Below are positions 1-16,208 of a stretch of 64,000 nt of DNA, piece after piece. A program made the position numbers and the translations under genes. The DNA is from Eledone cirrhosa. Taxonomy: Eukaryota. The stretch is taken from NCBI GenBank assembly GCA_964016885.1, contig OZ024740.1, forward strand, positions 79,670,001 through 79,734,000, read 5' to 3'. The notes beneath the pieces are model-generated. The model did no database searches. It saw only the letters and a program-made list of their open reading frames with translations, and was not told the DNA's origin. The first letter of the stretch is position 1. Every line of letters starts with the position of its first letter.

Positions 1-3000
1 AGCCACCGAAAGTGAGACACTGAAGACAGCGACCAAAATTGAAGCACTGAAGACAGCCACCAATATTGAGACCCCGAAAACAGCCATTAAAATTGAGACA
101 CTGAAGACAGCCACTAAAATTGAGACACTAAATACAGCCACCAAAATTGAGACACTGAAGACAGCCACCAAAACTGAGACACGGAAGACAGCCACCAAAA
201 TTGAGACACTGAAGACATCCACTAATATTGAGACATCGAAGGCAGCCACGAAAATTGAGACACTGAAAACAGCCACCAAAATTTAGACACTAAGACAATC
301 ACCAAAATTGAGACATCGAAGACAGCCACCAAAATTGAGACACTAAGACAGCCACTAAAATTGAGACACTGAAGACAGACACCAAAATTGAGACACTGAA
401 GAGTGCCACCAAAATTGAAACACCGAAGATAGCCACGAAAACTGAGACACCGAATACATCCACTAAAATTGAGACACTGAAGACAGCCCCCAAAATTTAG
501 ACACTAAGACAATCTCCAAAATTGCGACATCGAAGACAGCCACCAAAATTGAGACACTGATGACACCCACTAAATTTGAGACATCGAAGGTAGCCACCAA
601 AATTGAGACGCTGAAGACAGCAACCAAAACTGAGTCACGGAAGACAGCCACCAAAATTGAGACACTGAAGACAGCCACCAAAACTGAGACTTCGAAGGCA
701 GCCACGAAAATTGAGACACTGAAGACAGCCACCAAAATTGAGACACTGAAGACAACCACCAAATTTTAGACACTGAAGACAGTCACCAAAATTGAGACAC
801 TGAAGACAGCCACCAAAATTGAGAGATCGAAGGCAGCCACCAAAATTGATACACTGAAGACAGCCACAAAAATTGAGACACTGAAGCCAGCCACCAAAAT
901 AGAGACATTGAAGACAGCGACCTAGATTGAGACACTGAAGATAGCCACCAAATTTGAGACACTAAGACAGCCACCGAAAGTGAGACACTGAAGACAGCGA
1001 CTAAAATTGAGGCACTGAAAACAACCACCAATATTGATACCCTGAGCACAGCCACTAAAATTGAGACAGAGAAGACAGCCACCAAAATTGAGACACTGAA
1101 GACAGCCACCAAAATTGAGACACGGAAGACAGCAACTAAAATTGCGACACTGAAGACAGTCACCAAAATTGAGACACTGAAGACAACCACTAAAATTGAG
1201 ACATCGAAGGCACCCACCAAAATTAAGACACTGAAGACATCCTCCATAATTGAGACACTGAAACAGCCACCAAAAATGAGACACTGAAAAGAGCCACCAA
1301 ATTTGAGACATTAAGGCAGCCACCGAAAGTGAGACACTGAAGACAGCGACCAAAATTGAAGCACCGAAGACAGCCACCAATATTGAGACCCTGAAAACAG
1401 CCGCTAAAATTGAGACACTGAATACAGCCACAAAAAATGAGACACTAAGACAATCACCAAAATTGAGACACTGAAGACAGCCACTAAAATTGAGACATCG
1501 AAGGCAGCCACCAAAATTGAGACACTGAAGATAGTCACCAAAATTGAGACACTGAAGATAGCCATTAAAACTGAGATACTGAAGACAGCCACGAAAATTG
1601 AGGCACTGAAGACAGCAACTAAAATTGCGACGCTGAAGACAGCCACAAAAATTGAGACACTGAAGACAGCCATCAAAATTGAGACACTGAAGAGAGCCAC
1701 CAAATTTGAGACACTAAGACAGCCACCGAAAGTGAGACACTGAAGAGAGCGACCAAAATTGAGGCACTGAAGAGAGACACCAATATTGATACCCTGAGCA
1801 CAGCCATTAAAATTGAGACAGTGAAGACAGCCACCAAAATTGAGACACTGAAGACAGCCACCAAAATTGAGACACGGAACACAGCAACTAAAATTGCGAC
1901 ACTGAAGACAGCCACTAAAATTGAGACATCGAAGGCACCCACCAAAATTGAGACACTGAAGACAGCCACTAAAATTGAGACACTGGAGACATCCTCCGAA
2001 ATTGAGGCACTGAAGACGGCCACCAAAAATGAGACATGAAAAGAGCCACCAAATTTGAGACATTAAGGCAGCCACCGAAAGTGAGACACTGAAGACAGCG
2101 ACCAAAATTGAAGCACCGAAGACAGCCACCAATATTGAGGCCCCGAAAACAGCCACTAAAATTGAGACACTGAAGACAGCCACTAAAATTGAGACACTGA
2201 ATACAGCCACCAAAAATGAGACACTAAGACAATAACCAAAATTGAGACACTAAAGACAGCCACCAAAATTGAGACACTGAAGACAGCCACCAAAACTGAG
2301 ACACGGAAGACAGCCACCAAAATTGAGACACTGAAAACAGCCACTAAAATTGAGACACTGAAGACAGCCACTAAAATTGAGACACTGAATACAACCACAA
2401 AAAATGAGACACCAAGACAATCACCAAAATTGAGACACTAAAGACAGCCACCAAAATTGAGACACTGAAGACAGCCACCAAAACTGAGACAGGGAAGACA
2501 GCCACCAAAATTGAGACACTGAAGACATCCACTAATATTGAGACATCGAAGGCAGCCACGAAAATTGAGACACTGAAAACAGCCACCAAAATTTAGACAC
2601 TAAGACAATCACCAAAATTGAGACATCGAAGACAGCCACCAAAATTGAGACACTAAGACAGCCACTAAAATTGAGACACTGAAGACAGCCACCAAAATTG
2701 AGACACTGAAGAGTGCCACCAAAATTGAAACACTAAAGATAGTCACGAAAACTGAGACACCGAAGACATCCACTAAAATTGAGACACTGAAGGCAGCCAC
2801 CAAAATTTAGACACTAAGACAATCTCCAAAATTGGGACATCGAAGACAGCCACCAAAATTGAGACACTGAAGACACCCACTAAATTTGAGACATCGAAGG
2901 CAGCCACCAAAATTGAGACACTGAAGACAGCCACCAAAACTGAGACACGGAAGTCAGCCACCAAAATTGAGACACTGAAGACAGCCACCAAAACTGAGAC

Positions 3001-6000
3001 TTCGAAGGCAGCCACGAAAATTGAGACACTGAAGACAGCCACCAAAATTGAGACACTGAAGACAACCACCAAAATTGAGACACTGAAGACAGTCACCAAA
3101 ATTGAGACACTGAAGACAGCCACCAAAATTGAGAGATCGAAGGCAGCCACCAAAATTGATACACTGAAGCCACCCACCAAAATAGAGACATTGAAGACAG
3201 CGACCTAAATTGAGACACTGAAGATAGCCACCAAATTTGAGACACTAAGACAGCCACCGAAAGTGAGACACTGAAGACAGCGACTAAAATTGAGGCACTG
3301 AAGACAACCACCAATATTGATACCCTGAGCACAGCCACTAAAATTGAGACAGTGAAGACAGCCACCAAAATTCAGACACTGAAGACAGCCACCAAAATTG
3401 AGACACGGAAGACAGCAACTAAAATTGAGACACTGAAGACAACCACCAAAATTGAGACACTGAAGACAACCACCAAAATCGAGACACTGAAGACAGCCAC
3501 CAAAATTGAGAGATCGAAGGCAGCCACCAAAATTGATACACTGAAGACAGCCACAAAAATTGAGACACTGAAGCCAGCCACCAAAATAGAGACATTGAAA
3601 ACAGCGACCTAAATTGAGACACTGAAGATAGCCACCAAATTTGAGACACTAAGACAGTCACCGAAAGTGAGACACTGAAGACAGCGACGAAAATTGAGGC
3701 ACTGAAGACAACCACCAATATTGATACCCTGAGCACAGCCACTAAAATTGAGACAGTGAAGACAGCCACCAAAATTCAGACACTGAAGACAGCCACCAAA
3801 ATTGAGACACGGAAGACAGCAACTAAAATTGCGACACCGAAGACAACCACCAAACTTGAGACACTGAAGACAGCCACTAAAATTGAGACATCGAAGGCAC
3901 CCACCAAAATTAAGACACTGAAGACAGCCACTAAAATTGAGACACTGAAGACATCCTCAAAAATTGAGACACTGAAGACAGCCACCAAAAATGAGACACT
4001 GAAAAGAGCCACCAAATTTGAGACATTAAGGCAGCCACCGAAAGTGAGACACTGAAGACAGCGACCAAAATTGAAGCACCGAAGACAGCCACCAATATTG
4101 AGACCCTGAAAACAGCCGCTAAAATTGAGACACTGAATACAGCCACCAAAAATGAGACACTAAGACAATCACCAAAATTGAGACACTGAAGACAGCCACT
4201 AAAATTGAGACATCGAAGGCAGCCACCAAAATTGAGACACTGAAGACAGTCACCAAAATTGAGACACTGAAGACAGCCACCAAAACTGAGACGTCGAAGG
4301 CAGCCACGAAAATTGAGACACTGAAGACAGCCACCAAAATTGAAACAGTGAAGACATCCACGAAAATTGAGACACTGAAGACAGCAACTAAAATTGCGAC
4401 GCTGAAGACAGCCACAAAAATTGAGACACTGAAGACAGCCATCAAAATTGAGACACTGAAGAGAGCCACCAAATTTGAGACACTAAGACAGCCACCGAAA
4501 GTGAGACACTGAAGAGAGCGATCAAAATTGAGGCACTGAAGAGAGACACCAATATTGATACCCTGAGGACAGCCATTAAAATTGAGACAGTAAATACAGC
4601 CACCAAAATTGAGACATTGAAGACATCCACCAAAATTGAGACACGGAACACAGCAACTAAAATTGCGACACTGAAGACAGCCACTAAAATTGAGACATCG
4701 AAGGCACCCACCAAAATTAAGACACTGAAGACAGCCACTAAAATTGAGACACTGAAGACATCCTCAAAAATTGAGACACTGAAGACAGCCACCAAAAATG
4801 AGACACTGAAAAGAGCCACCAAATTTGAGACATTAAGGCAGCCACCGAAAGTGAGACACTGAAGACAGCGACCAAAATTGAAGCACCGAAGACAGCCACC
4901 AATATTGAGACCCTGAAAACAGCCGCTAAAATTGAGACACTGAATACAGCCACCAAAAATGAGACACTAAGACAATCGCCAAAATTGAGACACTGAAGAC
5001 AGCCACTAAAATTGAGACATCGAAGGCAGCCACCAAAATTGAGACACTGAAGACAGTCACCAAAATTGAGACACTGAAGACAGCCACCAAAACTGAGACG
5101 TCGAAGGCAGCCACGAAAATTGAGACACTGAAGACAGCCACCAAAATTGAAACAGTGAAGACATCCACGAAAATTGAGACACTGAAGACAGCAACTAAAA
5201 TTGCGACGCTGAAGACAGCCACAAAAATTGAGACACTGAAGACAGCCATCAAAATTGAGACACTGAAGAGAGCCACCAAATTTGAGACACTAAGACAGCC
5301 ACCGAAAGTGAGACACTGAAGAGAGCGATCAAAATTGAGGCACTGAAGAGAGACACCAATATTGATACCCTGAGGACAGCCATTAAAATTGAGACAGTGA
5401 AGACAGCCACCAAAATAGAGACACTGAAGACAGCCACCAAAATTGAGACACGGAACACAGCAAGTAAAATTGCGACACTGAAGACAGCCACTAAAATTGA
5501 GACATCGAAGACACCCACCAAAATTGAGACACTGAACACAGCCACTAAAATTGAGACACTGGAGACATCCTCCGAAATTGAGACACTGAAGACGGCCACC
5601 AAAAATGAGACATGAAAAGAGCCACCAAATGTGAGACATTAAGGCAGCCACCGAAAGTGAGACACTGAAGACAGCGAGCAAAATTGAAGCACTGAAGACA
5701 GCCACCAATATTGAGGCCCCGAAAACAGCCACTAAAATTGAGACACTGAAGACAGCCACTAAAATTGAGACACTGAATACAGCCACCAAAAATGAGACAC
5801 TAAGACAATCACCAAAATTGAGGCACTAAAGACAGCCACCAAAATTGAGACACTGAAGACAGCCACCAAAACTGAGACAGGGAAGACAGCCACCAAAATT
5901 GAGACACTGAAGACATCCACTAATATTGAGACGTCGAAGGCAGCCACGAAAATTGAGACACTGAAAACGGCCACCAAAATTTAGACACTAAGACAATCAC

Positions 6001-9000
6001 CAAAATTGAGACATCGAAGACAGCCACGAAAATTGAGACACTAAGACAGCCACTAAAATTGAGACACCGAAGACAGCCACCAAAATTGAGACACTGAAGA
6101 GTGCCACCAAAATTGAAACACTGAAGATAGCCACGAAAACTGAGACACCGAAGACATCCACTAAAATTGAGACACTGAAGACAGCCACCAAAATTTAGAC
6201 ACTAAGACAATCTCCAAAATTGCGTCATCGAAGACAGCCAGCAAAATTGAGACACTGAAGACACCCACTAAATTTGAGACATCGAAGGCAGCCACCAAAA
6301 TTGAGACACTGAAGACAGCCACCAAAACTGAGACACGGAAGACAGCCACCAAAATTGAGACACTGAAGACAGCCACCAAAACTGAGACTTCGAAGGCAGC
6401 CACGAAAATTGAGACACTGAAGACAGCCACCAAAATTGAGACACTGAAGACAACCACCAAAATTGAGACACTGAAGATAGCCACCAAATTTGAGACACTG
6501 AAGCCAGCCACCAAAATAGAGACATTGAAGACAGCGACCTAAATTGAGACACTGAAGATAGCCACCAAATTTGAGACACTAAGACAGCCACCGAAAGTGA
6601 GACACTGAAGACAGCGACTAAAATTGAGGCACTGAAGACAACCACCAATATTGATACCCTGAGCACAGCCACTAAAATTGAGACAGTGAAGACAGCCACC
6701 AAAATTCAGACACTGAAGACAGCCACCAAAATTGAGACACGGAACACAGCAACTAAAATAGAGACACTGAAGATAGCCACGAAAACTGAGACACTGAAGA
6801 CAGCCACCAAAATTGAGACATCGAAGGCAGCCACCAAAATTGAGACACTGAAGACAGCCACCAAAATTGAGACACTTAAGACAGCCACCAAAATTGAGAC
6901 ACTGAAGACAGCTACCAAAATTGAGACACTGAAGACACCCACCAAAATTGAGACACTGAAGACAGCCACCAAAATTGAGACACTGAAGACAGCCACCAAA
7001 ATTGAGACATCGAAGGCAGTCACCAAAATTGAGACACTAAGAGAGACACCAAAATTGAGACACGAAAGACAGCCACAAAACTGAGACACTGAATACAGCC
7101 ACCAAATTTGAGACACTAAGACAGGACCAAAATTGAGACATTGAAGACAGCCACAAAATCGAGACACTGAAGATAGCCACTAAAATTAAGACACTGAGGA
7201 TAGCCACTAAAATTGAGACACTGAAGACAGCCACCAAAATTGAGACACTAAAGACAGCCACCAAAATTGAGATACTGAAGACAGCCACAAAAATTGAGAC
7301 ACTGAAGACAGCCATTAAAATTGAAACACATAAGACAGCCACCAAAATTGAAACACTGAAGATAGCCACCAAAATTGAGACACTGAAGACAGCTACCAAA
7401 ATTGAGACACTGAAGACAGCCACCAAATTTGAGACACTAAAAGAGCCACCAAAAATGAGACCCTGAAAACAGCCACTAAAATTGAGACACCGAATACAGC
7501 CACTAAAATTGAGACATTGAAGGCAGCCACTAGAATTGAGACACTGAACACAGCCACTAAAATTGAGACATCGAAGGCAGCCACGAAAATTGAGACACTG
7601 AAGACAGCCACCAAAATTTAGACACTAAGACAATCACCAAAATTGAGACATCGAAGACAGCCACCAAATTTGAGACACTAAAGACAGCCACTAAAATTGA
7701 GACATCGAAGGCAGCCACCAAAATTGAGACACTGAAGACAGTCACCAAAATTGAGACACTGAAGACAGCCACCAAAATTAAAACAGTGAAGACAGCCACG
7801 AAAATTGAGACACTGAAGACAGCAACTAAAATTTCGACACTGAAGACAGCCATCAAAATTGAGACACTGAAGAGAGCCACCAAATTTGAGACACTAAGAC
7901 AGCCACCGAAAGTGAGACACTGAAGACAGCGACCAAAATTGAGGCACTGAAGACAGCCACCAATATTGATACCCTGAGAACAGCCACTAAAATTGAGACA
8001 GTGAAGACAGCCACCAAAATTGAGACACTGAAGACAGCCACTAACATTGAGACGTCGAAGGCACCCAACAAAATAGAGACACTGAAAACAGCCACTAAAA
8101 TTGAGACACTGAAGACAGCCACCAAAATAGAGACACTGAAGATAGCCACGAAAACTGAGACACTGAAGACAGCCACCAAAATTGAGACATCGAAGGCAGC
8201 CACCAAAATTGAGACACTGAAGACAGCCACCAAAATTGAGACACTTAAGACAGCCACCAAAATTGAGACACTGAAGACAGCCACCAAAATTGAGACAATG
8301 AAGACACCCACCAAAATTGAGACACTGAAGACAGCCACCAAAATTGAGACACTGAAGATAGCCACCAAAATTGAGACATTGAAGGCAGTCACCAAAATTG
8401 AGACACTAAGAGAGACACCAAAATTGAGACACGAAAGACAGCCACAAAACTGAGACACTGAATACAGCCACCAAATTTGAGACACTAAGACAGGACCAAA
8501 ATTGAGACATTGAAGACAGCCACAAAATTGAGACACTGAGGATAGCCACTAAAATTGAGACACTGAAGACAGCCACCAAAATTGAGACACTAAAGACAGC
8601 CACCAAAATTTAGATACTGAAGACAGCCACAAAAATTGAGACACTGAAGACAGCCATTAAAATTGAAACACATAAGACAGCCACCAAAATTGAGACACTG
8701 AAGATAGCCACCAAAATTGAGACACTGAAGACAGCTACCAAAATTGAGACACTAAAAGAGCCACCAAAAATGAGACCCTGAAACAGCCACTAAAATTGAG
8801 ACACTGAAGACAGCCACCAAAATTGAGACATCGAAGACAGCCACCAAAATTGAGACACTGAAAACAACCACTAAATTTGAGACATCGAAGGCAGCCACCA
8901 GAATTGAGACACTGAAGACAGGACCAAAACTGAGACACAGAAGATAGCCACCAAAATTGAGACACTGAAGACAGCCACCAAAAGTGAGACACTGAAGACA

Positions 9001-12000
9001 GCCACTAAAATTGAGACATTGAAGGCAGCCACCAAAATTGAGAAACTGAAGACAGTCACCAAAATTGAGACACTGAAGACAGCCACCAAAATTTAGACAC
9101 TGAAGACAGCCACCAAAACTGAGACACGGAAGACAGACACCAAAATTGAGACACTGAAGACAGCCACTAAAATTGAGACACTGAAGACAGCCACTAAAAT
9201 TGAGACCACGAAGGCAGCCACGAAAATTGAGACACTGAAGACAGCCAGCAAAATTTAGACACTAAGACAATCACCAAAATTGAGACATCGAAGACAACCA
9301 CCAAAATTGAGACACTAAGACAGCCACTAAAATTCAGACACTGACGACAGCCACTAAAATTGAGACACTGAAGACAGCCACCAAAATTGAGACATCGAAG
9401 ACAGCCACCAAAATTGAGACACTGATGACAGCCACCAAAATTGAGACACTGAAGATAGCCATAAAAAACTGAGACACCGAAGACAGCCACTAAAACTGAG
9501 CCACTGAAGACAGCCACCAAAATTGAGACACTGAAGACAGCCACCAAAATCGAGACACTGAAAGTAGCCACGAAAACTGAGACACTGAAGACAGCCACTA
9601 AAATTGAGACACTGAAGACAGCCACCGAAATTTAGACACTAAGACAATCACCAAAATTGATACATCGAAGACAGCCACCAAAATTGAGACACTGAACACA
9701 GCCACTAAATTTGAGACATCGAAGGTAGCCACCAAAATTGAGACACTGAAAACAGCCACTAAAATTGAGACACTGAAGACAGCCACCAAAATTGAGACAT
9801 CGAAGACAGCCACCAAAATTGAGACACTGAAGACAACCACTAAATTTGAGACATCGAAGGCAGCCACCAGAATTGAGACACTGAAGACAGGCACCAAAAC
9901 TGAGACACAGAAGATAGCCACCAAAATTGAGACACTGAAGACATCCACCAAAAGTGAGACACTGAAGACAGCCACTAAGATTGAGACATTGAAGGCAGCC
10001 ACCAAAATTGAGACACTGAAGACAGCCACCAAAATTTAGACACTGAAGACAGCCACCAAAACTGAGACACGGAAGACAGCCACCAAAATTGAGACACTGA
10101 AGACAGCCACTAAAATTGAGACATCGAAGGCAGCCTCGAAAATTGAGACACTGAAGACAGCCACCAAAATTTAGACACTAAGACAATCACCAAAATTGAG
10201 ACATCGAAGACAGCCACCAAAATTGAGACACTGAAGACAGCCACCAAAATTGAAACAGTGAAGACAGCCACGAAAATTGAGACACTGAAGACAGCAACTA
10301 AAATTTCGACACTGAAGACAGCCATCAAAATTGAGACACTGAAGAGAGCCACCAAATTTGAGACACTAAGACAGCCACCGAAAGTGAGACACTGAAGACA
10401 GCGACCAAAATTGAGGCAGTGAAGACAGCCACCAATATTGATACCCTGAGAACAGCCACTAAAATTGAGACAGTGAAGACAGCCACCAAAATTGAGACAC
10501 TGAAGACAGCCACCAAAATTGAGACACGGAACACAGCAACTAAAATTGCGACACTGAAGACAGCCACTAACATTGAGACATCGAAGGCACCCAACAAAAT
10601 TGAAACATTGAAAACAGCCACTAAAATTGAGACACTGAAGACAGCCACCAAAATAGAGACACTGAAGATAGCCACGAAAACTGAGACACTGAAGACAGCC
10701 ACCAAAATTGAGACATCGAAGGCAGCCACCAAAATTGAGACACTGAAGACAGTCACCAAAATTGAGACACTTAAGACAGCCACCAAAATTGAGACACTGA
10801 AGACAGCCACCAAAATTGTGACACTGAAGACACCCACCAAAATTGAGACATTGAAGACAGCCACCAAAATTGAGACACTGAAGACAGCCACCAAAATTGA
10901 GAGATCGAAGGCAGTCACCAAAATTGAGACACTAAGAGAGACACCAAAATTGAGACACGAAAGACAGCCACAAAACTGAGACACTGAATACAGCCACCAA
11001 ATTTGAGACACTAAGACAGTCACCAAAATTGAGACATTGAAGACAGCCACAAAAATTGAGACACTGAAGATAGCCACTAAAATTGAGACACTGAGGATAG
11101 CCACTAAAATTGAGACACTGAAGACAGCCACCAAAATTGAGACACTAAAGACAACCACCAAAATTGAGATACTGAAGACAGCCACAAAAATTGAGACACT
11201 GAAGACAGCCATTAAAATTGAAACACATAAGACAGCCACCAAAATTGAGACACTGAAGATAGGCACCAAAATTGAGACACTGAAGACAGCTACCAAAATT
11301 GAGACACTGAAGACAGCCACCAAATTTGAGACACTAAAAGAGCCACCAAAACTGAGACCCTGAAAACAGCCACTAAAACTGAGACACTGAAGACAGCCAC
11401 CAAAATTGAGACATCGAAGGCAGCCACCAAAATTGAGACACTGAAGACAGCCACCAAAATTGAGACACTTAAGACAGCCACCAAAATTGAGACACTGAAG
11501 ACAGCCACCAAAATTGAGACAATGAAGACACCCACCAAAATTGAGACACTGAAGACAGCCACCAAAATTGAGACACTGAAGACAGCCACCAAAATTAAGA
11601 CATTGAAGGCAGTCACCAAAATTGAGACACTAAGAGAGACACCAAAATTGAGACACGAAAGACAGCCACAAAACTGAGACACTGAATACAGCCACCAAAT
11701 TTGAGACACTAAGACAGGACCAAAATTGAGACATTGAAGACAGCCACAAAATTGAGACACTGAAGATAGCCACTAAAATTGAGACACTGAGGATAGCCAC
11801 TAAAATTGAGACACTGAAGACAGCCACCAAAATTGAGACACTAAAGACAGCCACCAAAATTTAGATACTGAAGACAGCCACAAAAATTGAGACACTGAAG
11901 ACAGCCATTAAAATTGAAACACATAAGACAGCCACCAAAATTGAGACACTGAAGATAGCCACCAAAATTGAGACACTGAAGACAGCTACCAAAATTGAGA

Positions 12001-15000
12001 CACTAAAAGAGCCACCAAAAATGAGACCCTGAAACAGCCACTAAAATTGAGACACTGAAGACAGCCACCAAAATTGAGACATCGAAGACAGCCACCAAAA
12101 TTGAGACACTGAAAACAACCACTAAATTTGAGACATCGAAGGCAGCCACCAGAATTGAGACACTGAAGACAGGACCAAAACTGAGACACAGAAGATAGCC
12201 ACCAAAATTGAGACACTGAAGACAGCCACCAAAAGTGAGACACTGAAGACAGCCACTAAAATTGAGACATTGAAGGCAGCCACCAAAATTGAGAAACTGA
12301 AGACAGTCACCAAAATTGAGACACTGAAGACAGCCACCAAAATTTAGACACTGAAGACAGCCACCAAAACTGAGACACGGAAGACAGACACCAAAATTGA
12401 GACACTGAAGACAGCCACTAAAATTGAGACACTGAAGACAGCCACTAAAATTGAGACCACGAAGGCAGCCACGAAAATTGAGACACTGAAGACAGCCAGC
12501 AAAATTTAGACACTAAGACAATCACCAAAATTGAGACATCGAAGACAGCCACCAAAATTGAGACACTAAGACAGCCACTAAAATTCAGACACTGACGACA
12601 GCCACTAAAATTGAGACACTGAAGACAGCCACCAAAATTGAGACATCGAAGACAGCCACCAAAATTGAGACACTGATGACAGCCACCAAAATTGAGACAC
12701 TGAAGATAGCCATAAAAAACTGAGACACCGAAGACAGCCACTAAAACTGAGCCACTGAAGACAGCCACCAAAATTGAGACACTGAAGACAGCCACCAAAA
12801 TCGAGACACTGAAAGTAGCCACGAAAACTGAGACACTGAAGACAGCCACTAAAATTGAGACACTGAAGACAGCCACCAAAATTTAGACACTAAGACAATC
12901 ACCAAAATTGATACATCGAAGACAGCCACCAAAATTGAGACACTGAACACAGCCACTAAATTTGAGACATCGAAGGTAGCCACCAAAATTGAGACACTGA
13001 AAACAGCCACTACAATTGAGACACTGAAGACAGCCACCAAAATTGAGACATCGAAGACAGCCACCAAAATTGAGACACTGAAGACAACCACTAAATTTGA
13101 GACATCGAAGGCAGCCACCAGAATTGAGACACTGAGGACAGGCACCAAAACTGAGACACAGAAGATAGCCACCAAAATTGAGACACTGAAGACATCCACC
13201 AAAAGTGAGACACTGAAGACAGCCACTAAGATTGAGACATTGAAGGCAGCCACCAAAATTGAGACACTGAAGACAGCCACCAAAATTTAGACACTGAAGA
13301 CAGCCACCAAAACTGAGACACGGAAGACAGCCACCAAAATTGAGACACTGAAGACAGCCACTAAAATTGAGACATCGAAGGCAGCCTCGAAAATTGAGAC
13401 ACTGAAGACAGCCACCAAAATTTAGACACTAAGACAATCACCAAAATTGAGACATCGAAGACAGCCACCAAAATTGAGACACTGAAGACAGTCACCAAAA
13501 TTGAGACACTGAAGACAGCCACCAAAATTGAAACAGTGAAGACAGCCACGAAAATTGAGACACTGAAGACAGCAACTAAAATTTTGACACTGAAGACAGC
13601 CATAAAAATTGAGACACTGAAGAGAGCCACCAAATTTGAGACACTAAGACAGCCACCGAAAGTGAGACACTGAAGACAGCGACCAAAATTGAGGCAGTGA
13701 AGACAGCCACCAATATTGATACCCTGAGAACAGCCACTAAAATTGAGACAGTGAAGACAGCCACCAAAATTGAGACACTGAAGACAGCCACCAAAATTGA
13801 GACACGGAACACAGCAACTAAAATTGCGACACTGAAGACAGCCACTAACATTGAGACATCGAAGGCACCCAACAAAATTGAAACATTGAAAACAGCCACT
13901 AAAATTGAGACACTGAAGACAGCCACCAAAATAGAGACACTGAAGATAGCCACGAAAACTGAGACACTGAAGACAGCCACCAAAATTGAGACATCGAAGG
14001 CAGCCACCAAAATTGAGACACTGAAGACAGCCACCAAAATTGAGACACTTAAGACAGCCACCAAAATTGAGACACTGAAGACAGCCACCAAAATTGAGAC
14101 ACTGAAGACACCCACCAAAATTGAGACATTGAAGACAGCCACCAAAATTGAGACACTGAAGACAGCCACCAAAATTGAGAGATCGAAGGCAGTCACCAAA
14201 ATTGAGACACTAAGAGAGACACCAAAATTGAGACACGAAAGACAGCCACAAAACTGAGACACTGAATACAGCCACCAAATTTGAGACACTAAGACAGTCA
14301 CCAAAATTGAGACATTGAAGACAGCCACAAAAATTGAGACACTGAAGATAGCCACTAAAATTGAGACACTGAGGATAGCCACTAAAATTGAGACACTGAA
14401 GACAGCCACCAAAATTGAGACACTAAAGACAACCACCAAAATTGAGATACTGAAGACAGCCACAAAAATTGAGACACTGAAGACAGCCATTAAAATTGAA
14501 ACACATAAGACAGCCACCAAAATTGAGACACTGAAGATAGGCACCAAAATTGAGACACTGAAGACAGCTACCAAAATTGAGACACTGAAGACAGCCACCA
14601 AATTTGAGACACTAAAAGAGCCACCAAAACTGAGACCCTGAAAACAGCCACTAAAATTGAGACACTGAAGACAGCCACCAAAATTGAGACATCGAAGACC
14701 GCCACCAAAATTGAGACACTGAAGACAACCACTAAATTTGAGATATCGAAGGCAGCCACCAGAATTGAGACACTGAAGACAGGCACCAAAACTGAGACAC
14801 AGAAGATAGCCACCAAAATTGAGACACTGAAGACAGCCACCAAAAGTGAGACACTGAAGATAGCCACGAAAATTGAGACACTGAAGACAGCCACCAAAAT
14901 TGAGACATCGAAGGCAGCCACCAAAATTCAGACACTGAAGACAGCCACCAAAATTGAGACACTTAAGACAGCCACCAAAATTGAGACACGGAAGACAGAC

Positions 15001-16208
15001 ACCAAAATTGAGACACTGAAGACAGCCACTAAAATTGAGACACTGAAGACAGCCACTAAAATTGAGACACTGAAGACAGCCACCAAAATTGAGACATCGA
15101 AGGCAGTCACCAAAATTGAGACACTAAGAGAGACACCAAAATTGAGACACGAAAGACAGCCACAAAACTGAGACATTGAATACAGCCACCAAATTTGAGA
15201 CACTAAGACAGGAGCAAAATTGAGACATTGAAGACAGCCACAAAAATTGAGAGACTGAAGATAGCCACTAAAATTGAGACACTGAGGATAGCCACTAAAA
15301 TTGAGACACTGAAGACAGCCACCAAAATTGAGACACTAAAGACAGCCACCAAAATTGAGATACTGAAGACAGCCACAAAAATTGAGACACTGAAGACAGC
15401 CATTAAAATTGAGACACAGAAGACAGCCACCAAAATTGAGACACTGAAGATAGCCACCAAAATTGAGACACTGAAGACAGCTACCAAAATTGAGACACTG
15501 AAGACAGCCACCAAATTTGAGACACTAAAAGAGCCACAAAAAATGAGACACTGAAAACAGCCACAAAAATTGAGACACTGAAGACAGCCATCAAAATTGA
15601 GACCCTGAAGACAGCCACTAAAATTGAGACACTGAAGATAGCCACTAAAATTGAGACACTGAAAACAGCCACAAAAATTGAGACACTGAAGACAGCCATC
15701 AAAATTGAGACACAGAAGACAGCCACCAAAATTGAGACACTGAAAATAGCCACTAAAATTGAGACACTGAAGACAGCCACTAAAATTGAGACACTGAAGA
15801 CAGCCACCAAAATTGAGACTCTGAAGACATCCACCAAAATTGAGACACTGAAGGCACCCACTAAAATTGAGACACTAAGACAACCACCAAAATTGAGACA
15901 CTGAAGACAGCCACCAAAATTGGGACACTGACGACTGCCACCAAAATTGAGACATCGAAGGCACCCACAAAATTGAGACACTAAAACAGCCACCAAAATC
16001 GAGACACTGAAGACAGCCACCAAAATTGAGACCCTGAAGACAGCCACTAAAATTGAGACACTGAAGATACCCCCTAAAATTGAGACACTGAAGACAGCCA
16101 CTAAAATTGAGACACTGAAGACTGCCACCAAAATTGAGACACTGAAGACACCCACCAAAATTGAGACACTGAAGACTGCCACCAAAATTGAGACACTGAA
16201 GACAGCAA
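1..16208. repeat. 27-bp tandem satellite (consensus GACAGCCACCAAAATTGAGACACTGAA) with higher-order repeats; runs off the left edge
   Basis: Continuous array of about 600 monomers with recurrent variants (TCGAAGGCAG, ACTAAG 26-bp units, AAAGTGAG). Identical or near-identical ORFs recur at fixed offsets of 807, 2310, 3388 and 3251/3278 bp. Confidence 0.97.

Noticed and set aside
1-16208. CRISPR array
   Set aside because: Monomers are contiguous with no unique spacers, there are no cas genes, and the context is eukaryotic.
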